Shown: positions 57,690 through 64,000 of the stretch, piece by piece
Numbering within the stretch: the stretch's first letter is position 1
Layout of the letters: each line of letters opens with the position of its first letter
Source of the DNA: Larus michahellis
Lineage: Eukaryota
Direction of reading: 5' to 3'
Assembly: GCF_964199755.1 (NCBI RefSeq)
Contig: NC_133912.1
Coordinates: 190,570-254,569 of the forward strand
DNA: 64,000 nucleotides
The notes under the pieces: generated by a model
Told to the model about the DNA's origin: nothing
Seen by the model: the letters and a program-made list of their open reading frames with translations, nothing else
Database searches by the model: none
Translations under genes and position numbers: made by a program

Positions 57690-58190
57690 TGAAATAGTAT
57701 CAGCAACAGTATCTCTAATGGAATCTGTACCACTGATGGTTTCGGTATCGTGGTATGTGTAATGTTATGGACACCAGCAATGGGATCAGTATCGGCAATG
57801 GTGCATGCATCTGCAATGGCATTTGCAATAGTCCCTGCATCTTCAGTGATATCTGCAATGGCATCTGCTTCTCCTATTGTACCTGCATCTGACTTTGCAT
57901 CAGCAAGGCTATCTGCAGCGGTTGCTACAATGGTATCAGCATCTGAAATGGTATCTGTATCTGCAGTGGTATATGCTCTGGTATCTGCAACAGCAACATT
58001 ATGAGGAATGGCATGGGCATCTGAAAAGTTTTCTGCAGAGGTTTCTGCAATGGTATTTGAGTCTGCAATCCCCTTTGCAATGGTATCTGCATCTGAAATG
58101 GTACCGGCATCTGCAATGGTGCCAGCACCTGCTATGGCATCAGCAGCGCTAACTGCATTCTCAATAGCATCTGTAGAGAGCGTTCTAGTC
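57690..58190. repeat. Degenerate 18-bp minisatellite (about 27 units; ATCTGCAATGGTATCTGC-like), open in several frames
   Basis: ...gcatctgcaatggtatctgcatctgaaatggtaccggcatctgcaatggtgccagcacctgctatggcatcagcagcg... Both strands give long repeat ORFs (57491..58207 minus is 238 aa of (I/T)AD(A/T)G(T/A) hexads). Confidence 0.75.
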
Positions 58191-58790
58191 AAAGGCACAA
58201 TATCCAAGTGGAAACCAGTAAGGAATGGTGTCCATCAGGGGTCTGTGCTGGGACCAATACTATTTAATATCTTCTACAGGGACACAGACAGTGGGATTGA
58301 GTGCACCATCAGCAAGTTTGCAGATGACACCAAGCTGAGTAGTGCAGTTGATTTGCTGAAGGGAAGGGATGCCCTCGAGAGGGACCTTGGCAGCCTTGGG
58401 GAGGTGGCCCGTGCAAACCTCATGAAGTTCAACAAGGCCAAGTGCAATCCCCACTATCAGTACAGGCTGGGGAATGAAGGGAATAATGAGAACAGCCCTG
58501 CAGAGGACTTACAGATATCGATGGCTGATAAATTGGACACGAGTCAGCAATGTGCACTTGCAGCCCAGAAAGTCAATCATATCCTGGGCTGCATCAGAAG
58601 AAGCGTGGCCAGCAGGTTGAGGGAGGTGATTCTTCTCCTCTACTCAGTTCTTGTGAGACTCCGCTTGGAGCACTGCAGCCAACAACCGTCTGAATTTGAC
58701 CCTCATAATATCATAAGATCATTTAGTTTGAAAAAGACCCTTAAGGTCATCACAGGCAGCGGGGTGAGGGAAAAATTCCAAATGTAAAAG
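58190..58790 (+). mobile_element. CR1 RT fragment with an internally deleted tail, read in frame with the upstream minisatellite
   Basis: [37 protein letters not shown]...NLMKFNKAKC...DTSQQCALAAQKVNHILGCIRRSVASR. The degraded terminus at 58700-58760 is ...gatcatttagtttgaaaaagacccttaaggtcatcac. Confidence 0.75.
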
Positions 58791-61613
58791 TCAGTGGTAA
58801 TTCAGTGTGTGCCTGGAGAGACAAAACCAAAGCACGTGGCTCTGAAAGTCCCTGTGAATCCGGGAGGTCTGACTCCACAGGGCAGGGAACCACCACTCCT
58901 CCAAGAGCGAGGCAGAGGACCCAGGGCTCCAGGCTGCCTGTCCGTGCTCCTCTCCTGTCCCAACACCAAATGGTGCTGTTTGAGGATGGAGCTCACTAGA
59001 ACCCAAGTAAGAACCTGTTTCCTGCCATGCCTCCAAAGTACAGTCTAGCCCTTCGCATGTTGCAGCCTCATGGCGGGGACACTCCAGTTTGCCCTAATCT
59101 GCCCTTATCTGGGGGCACACGGTGGGTGGGAAGGGAATCTCCTTTACAGAGACACCCCAGGTGTCCAGGCTCCCTCAGTCACTCTGTTCGTTGCTGTGGT
59201 ACAGGCAGAGAGGACTCAGGTGCCTGGCCCTGGCAGATGACAGGGGACATGGACATGGAAACATAGACATGGAAACATGGACACACATGCAGAGCATAGC
59301 TTTGCTGATGGACTTTATTGGTCTTTAGAGGGAAATGGCCCAGCGTTCCCAGGGGGAAAAGTGGCATCATCCAGAGATGAACATTTCATGTGCTGGTGGG
59401 GAAAAGGACAAGGATGTCACCACCAGTTCCAGTCCTGAAAGACGGAGCTCAAAATAATAGCCCAGTGTAAGTGTGAAAAAGAGAGTGGCCTAAAACACCA
59501 TGTCCCTCTGCAGACACCTGGCGAGGGAGAAGGGAACTGGAGCACTCAATACACCTAGAAGAGGACTTGGCTCTCCTGAGATCCATATAACACCCAGAGG
59601 GCCTTGCCCAGTGTACCATATCCCCGAGAAGCCCCTAAATCTCCCAGATCCCTGCCCAGCCCTCAGTCTGGTCCTTGGGGTCTGTATGGCACCAGAGCCC
59701 CCTGCCTGGCCTGCATGGTGACCCTCAGGGTCCGTAGAGCCCCCCTGGGTGCAGGGAAAGGCACGGGGGGAGCTGTGTCCAGCTCCCCCTGGGCCATGGA
59801 TCGTGCACAATCCCCTCTCTTTCCCTCTCCCACACCCAAATTCTGGCCATCCCAGTGGGCTCAGGGATCCCCCAGGGCCCAGCATCCTTTGTGGGGCTGG
59901 AGACTCCCTGATGCCGCTCACCTAGGCATGAAGGGATGCGGCCACACGTCTCTGGCGCAAAAGGTCTGCATCCACGTCAGCCAGAGGGGGCTGGGGAGAA
60001 ATCAAGGGTTAGAGAAAGGTGTGGCTGCAGTGGGCTGTACTGGGAAGCAGTAGAGGGGAAAGCAAGGGGGTCCTTGGGGAAGGTGCCTGCGGGGAGAAAT
60101 GCGGTACATGAGCTTGTGTGGTGGTGCACAGGAAGCAGCGGGGGTCCTGGGGAAGGGGCCCAGCTGGGTGCATGGCTGTGTAGTGGGGCATCGTGGGGTG
60201 TACTGGGTTGTAATGGGCTGGATGGGAATGGCATGGGGGCCCCAGGGATGGGACCCTCCCTGGGAAAAGAGTGGGGTGCAGGGGTGTTTTCTGGGGCTGC
60301 AGTGGGGTGCATTGGGGTGTCCTGGGGCACTCTGGGATGCACTGGAGTGTGGCGGCCATGGAGAGGAGGGACTGGGGACAGCAGAACTCATGGTACCCAC
60401 CACAGCCCTCTTCAATAGCAGACGTCTGAGTAGTGCCATCTGTAAAGAGAACACGAGACCTCACTGATGGCTGGGGTGTCCCCGGTCCCAGCAAGGGATG
60501 GGATGACCAAAGTGCCCTCCTGTTCCCCAGTCTGGAGGCCCTCCAACTCCACCCAAGTACTTACATCCATGTCACTAAGTCCACTTCCTTCCAAGAATGC
60601 CTAGGAAAGGAGAGCAAAGGGGTGGTCTGGATTGAGCTTGTTGGGGCTGAGGGTGCGACACAGGTGTCCCCAGTCCCCCCAGGCCCGTGGCTTCCCCCTG
60701 GTGTGAGCGGGAAAATCCTTCCTGCTCCTCGCAGCTCCATGCCTCAGAGTTTCACCTGGGATACCTGTTCATGCAGGGAGGAGGGGTGGGGATGGAGACG
60801 AGGATAGCGTGGGGAATTCAGGGCCTCCAGAGAGGATGGGTGTGGGGAGAACCCAAAGACAGGGCACTGGGGTGAATGAGGGGACCCCAAGGGAGTGGGC
60901 AGGGGGTGTTGAATGGACAGCACTGTGCGGGATGCAAGTTAGGTGTAAAGGAATTCAAGTGGAGGGGATAGAGGGACTTCAAGCGAGGTGGTTGGTGGGG
61001 GCAGAAGAGGACTGCAGAGGACCAAACAAAGGGGATTGGGAGAGTGTTTGGGAGTGGGGGTTCAAGGAAGGTAATCGGGGGACAGTACCGCAGTGGAGAG
61101 GGTGAAAGGCAAAGGACTGAAGGGAAAGAGTGAAAGGCAGGTGTTGGGAACGATCAATGGAAGGTCATTTGGGGACACTAGAAAGGACACGGAGGAGATC
61201 CCGGGGAGGTGAAGCGTGAGGGGACCAAAAGGATGGGGTGGGGAGGCCAGAAAGGGAGAGCTGTGGGGGCACCAAGACAAGAAACGGGTGGGGGCCCTCA
61301 GAGGCGTTTGTGGTGGACCCTCCCAGGGAGGGGACAGGTCTGACCACTCACTGAGGAACTCGGGCTCTGGGCAGCAGAAGCTTAATGGTGGGGGAAGTGG
61401 ATGAAGAGACAGAGTTGTGGGAGGGAGAAAGCTGCATTGCCCAGGGCTGGCGGTGCCTGGGAGCCTGGAGGAGCTCCTTGCTTGGGAAAGGGAGAGGCCA
61501 ATTCACGGGGTTTTTTGCTCACCAGTACGATTTCAGTCTGCAGGAGAGCGGATGTCCTGTTGCTAAGCCCCATCCCCAGCCTTGAGGCCCTCCCCATGGT
61601 GCTGGGGACTCAC

Positions 61614-61682
61614 CTGAGCATCTACTGGGGTGCACAGCAGGATGGTGAAGAGCAGGGCCACGCTGAGGACTGCGACCTTCAT
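61614..61682 (-). CDS. Candidate first coding exon encoding a 23-aa secretory signal peptide MKVAVLSVALLFTILLCTPVDAQ
   Basis: The ATG sits in the minus-strand context gaggaagATGAAGG. It has the classic n-region (MK), an h-region of 14 hydrophobic residues, and a c-region of VDA-Q. A perfect donor CAG|GTGAGT follows immediately. An AATAAAT (TATA-like) element and an inverted CCAAT lie 55-60 bp upstream on the same strand (61731-61742). Confidence 0.3.
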
Positions 61683-63417
61683 CTTCCTCTGCGGTGTGGT
61701 AAGTGCTGGGTGAAGCGTGAGAAGGTGAGGCGCCAATTTATTCCTCCCAGGACTCCTCCTTGTCCCTCCCCACCCCGAGAGCCCCCAGGGCAAAGCCAGG
61801 TCTGGCAGAGACACCAGCCCTGGCAACAAGCCCAGCCCCAGCACAGAGTCACCCCCCACCTCCGGCACTGGCCCAGCCACCTTCCCTGGCATCAGTCCAG
61901 CTTCCTGCATGGGGCAGCTGCATGGCGAAGTGCCCAGGCATCTGCAGGTGGCGACGGGGCGGGCAGTGCACCCCTGACAGCTGGACACCCTGCGATGATG
62001 ACCCACTGCTCCAAGGAAAAGCCATCCTCCAACAGCCCCCTCAAAGCCACATCCCCCCATCTCCCAGTGCCCCTCACCTCCCAGCGCTGCCATCCCCCAG
62101 TGCCACTCAGCTCCCAGGCCCGTTTTTCCCCCCGGGACTCCCCCAGAGATGGCGCCAGCCCCAAGCTAGGGGTCTCTCCCCTTGAGTAAACAGGGGGCTG
62201 GGACTGACCCCTCTTCTTGGGACACCCTGGACTGCAGGATTGGGGAACACTGGGAGGTAGGAGGGAAACTCACGGCGTGGACAATGAGGACAGCCAGATG
62301 ACTGGGATCTTCAGTCACTGAAGGCAATGGGGAGCACTGCTGCATGTTGGGCACCGGGAGATGCGGGCTGGGCTTTGGGGAAGTGCTGCAGTTGTCGAAG
62401 TTCCCTGCTCCAGGCCACCCCATTTCCCTTGCACGGCGCATTATAATCTGGTCGAGTTCCCAGCCATGTCCTCCCCAGAGCAGAAAACAGAGGGGAATAT
62501 CCCTTGTCCTGGCCCTCACCATGCCCCTCTCTGGGTCCACCGTGCCCTCCAGAGAACAGGGGTCCTACTCTGCAGAGCTTCCCCTGGATGGTGGGTCCCA
62601 GTGACACCGTCCCCAAGAAGGCTCTGGCTCGTTCTGGGAGTTCCTGGCTACTTGGCCACTGGGAGCACTTGGCCACAACTCACCAAAGGCCCTTGTCCCC
62701 ACGGAGCGTCCCTCCAATGCCCTCATCCTTGGCCCAGGCCAGTGCTGTCCCTGAGCAGGATGTGGCCATTCAGAGGGACACAATGAAATGGTTGCTTGTC
62801 CGCAGGCAGCCACCCGGAGGTAACTGTGGGGAAAGAGCTCCGCTGGCAGGAGGAGGAATGTTTGTTCCCGCAGCATCTCTGATAAGCCCTGTTTGCCCAG
62901 GGCCCATGGCACAATGGGCCTGTTGAGTAAGACTGATGCTTCAGAAGAGTGCCCAAGTTGGGGGAGTCTGGTGCGGGTTCAAGCAGCCTTGATGGCTGGG
63001 CTCCCTCCAGCCCTGGCAGTGAGGAGATCCACAGAGGAGGGAGAGTAGGGAGGAGCAGTCCTGGGGTACCCTGCACGCCTGGGGTTCCCTGGCTCCCCTG
63101 GGGACAGGCTGAAGCCCGGAGGCAGGGGCAGTCCTGAGTGAGCAGCCTGGCACCTGGAGTGTCGCCGTCCTTCAGGAAAGCCTGGTGGCAGGGGAGTCCT
63201 GAAGGAGTGGGCCTTAGAGCAGCCGGGGTGATGGAGCTGTCTCCCCAGGGGCACTGCGTCCCTGTCCCTCCCTTCCCTTGCCTGCCCGGCAGCTTTGCCT
63301 AGGGCTTTCCAGGGTGTTTTCCTTCACAGCCCCCCCTGGCTCAGACATCACCACCCTGGGGGCCCTTGACAGCATCCTCTGACCAGAGAGGGGCAGGGGC
63401 AGTGTGGGACTCAGAGA

Positions 63418-64000
63418 ACCGTAGAATGGTCAGAGTTGTGAGGGACCTTAAAGATCATGTAGTTGCAACCCCCCTGCCATGGGCAGGGACACCTCCCACT
63501 AGACCAGGTTGATCAAAGCCCCATCCAAACTGCCCTTGAACACTTCCATGGAAGGGGCATCCTCTGCTTCTCTGGGCAACCTGTCCCAGTGTCTCGCCAC
63601 CCTCACAGGAAAGAATTTCTTCCTAATATCTAATCTATATCTCCCGTCTTTCAGTTTAAAACCATTACCCTTTGTCCTATCGCTACACTCCCAGGCAAAG
63701 GGTCCCTCCCCATCTTTCCCATAGTCCCCCTGTAAGTACTGGAAAGCTGCTATAAGGCCTCCCCGGAGCCTTCTCTTCTCCAGGCTCAACAGCCCCAACT
63801 CTCTCAGCCTGTCCTCACAGCAGAGGGTCTTCGATCCTCCGACCATCTTCCTGGCCCTCCTCTGGACTCATTCCAGGAGGTCCATGTCCCTCTTATGTAG
63901 GGTCTCTCCAGAGCAGATTAAAGGGGCAGAATCACCTCCCGCATCTTGCTGGCCACGCTTCTTTTGATGCAGCCAGGATGCGGTTGGCTGCCATTGGTGC
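63418..64000 (-). mobile_element. CR1 3' portion (minus), truncated by the window end
   Basis: ORF 63499..63846 (-) reads ...[105 protein letters not shown]. The reverse-complemented terminus is at 63420-63480. Confidence 0.8.

Noticed and set aside
61382-61597. Treating 61382..61597 (minus) as exon 2 of the signal-peptide gene, or calling the gene a CC chemokine
   Set aside because: The joined product (TEIVLVSKKPRELASPFPKQGAPPGS...) has a single Cys, no CC/CXC motif and no recognisable fold. The MKV... leader similarity to chemokines is too generic.
1-64000. Prokaryotic defence, secretion or biosynthetic system, or other operon-like novelty
   Set aside because: There is no operon structure, no RBS-led gene arrays, and no phage or defence domains. 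The coding content is spliced eukaryotic genes, ORs, LINEs and ERVs.
1-64000. tRNA, rRNA or snRNA genes
   Set aside because: No GTTCRAnYC T-loop plus acceptor-stem cloverleaf candidates and no rDNA-like blocks were found by eye.

Overview
This window is vertebrate genomic DNA, not a prokaryotic island. It is almost certainly avian (chicken-like). The evidence is about 25 CR1 LINE copies ending in the hallmark (ATTCTRTG)n tail, GDSL-esterase CR1 ORF1, intron-containing genes with canonical GT-AG splice sites, and strong CpG depletion outside CpG islands. The window holds four kinds of content. First, a tandemly duplicating olfactory-receptor (OR) cluster: two intact single-exon ORs at 14379-15341 and 45655-46569 (about 88% aa identical), each with a splice acceptor 3-25 bp upstream of the ATG, plus one OR that has lost TM2 (8928-9731). 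Second, an internally deleted endogenous retrovirus on the minus strand (21959-27068) and a second solitary pol fragment (37731-38159). Third, a GC-rich multi-exon gene on the minus strand (about 28590-37118). It encodes an acidic and conserved N-terminal exon, a giant Pro/Thr/Gln-rich exon built of 126-bp coding tandem repeats, then a long run of heptad-rich coiled-coil exons that I resolved by GT-AG sites with phase continuity. It ends with a stop codon closely followed by AATAAA. I tentatively liken it to QRICH2/DUF4795-type sperm-flagellum coiled-coil proteins. Fourth, satellites, minisatellites and interstitial telomere-like repeats, two orphan CpG-island/promoter-like blocks, and a candidate TATA-driven signal-peptide first exon (61614-61682, minus). 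The most unusual single observation is a roughly 1 kb ORF-free segment inside an intron of the coiled-coil gene (32880-33900) whose CpG observed/expected is about 1, against about 0.2 for the surrounding non-island DNA. It looks like non-vertebrate, organellar, recently inserted or artificial sequence. I found no CRISPR array, tRNA or rRNA, and nothing resembling a defence or secretion operon. Coordinates are from manual indexing of the printed sequence, and exon boundaries may be off by a few bases. The supplied ORF track uses alternative start codons, so its M residues are not always ATG.
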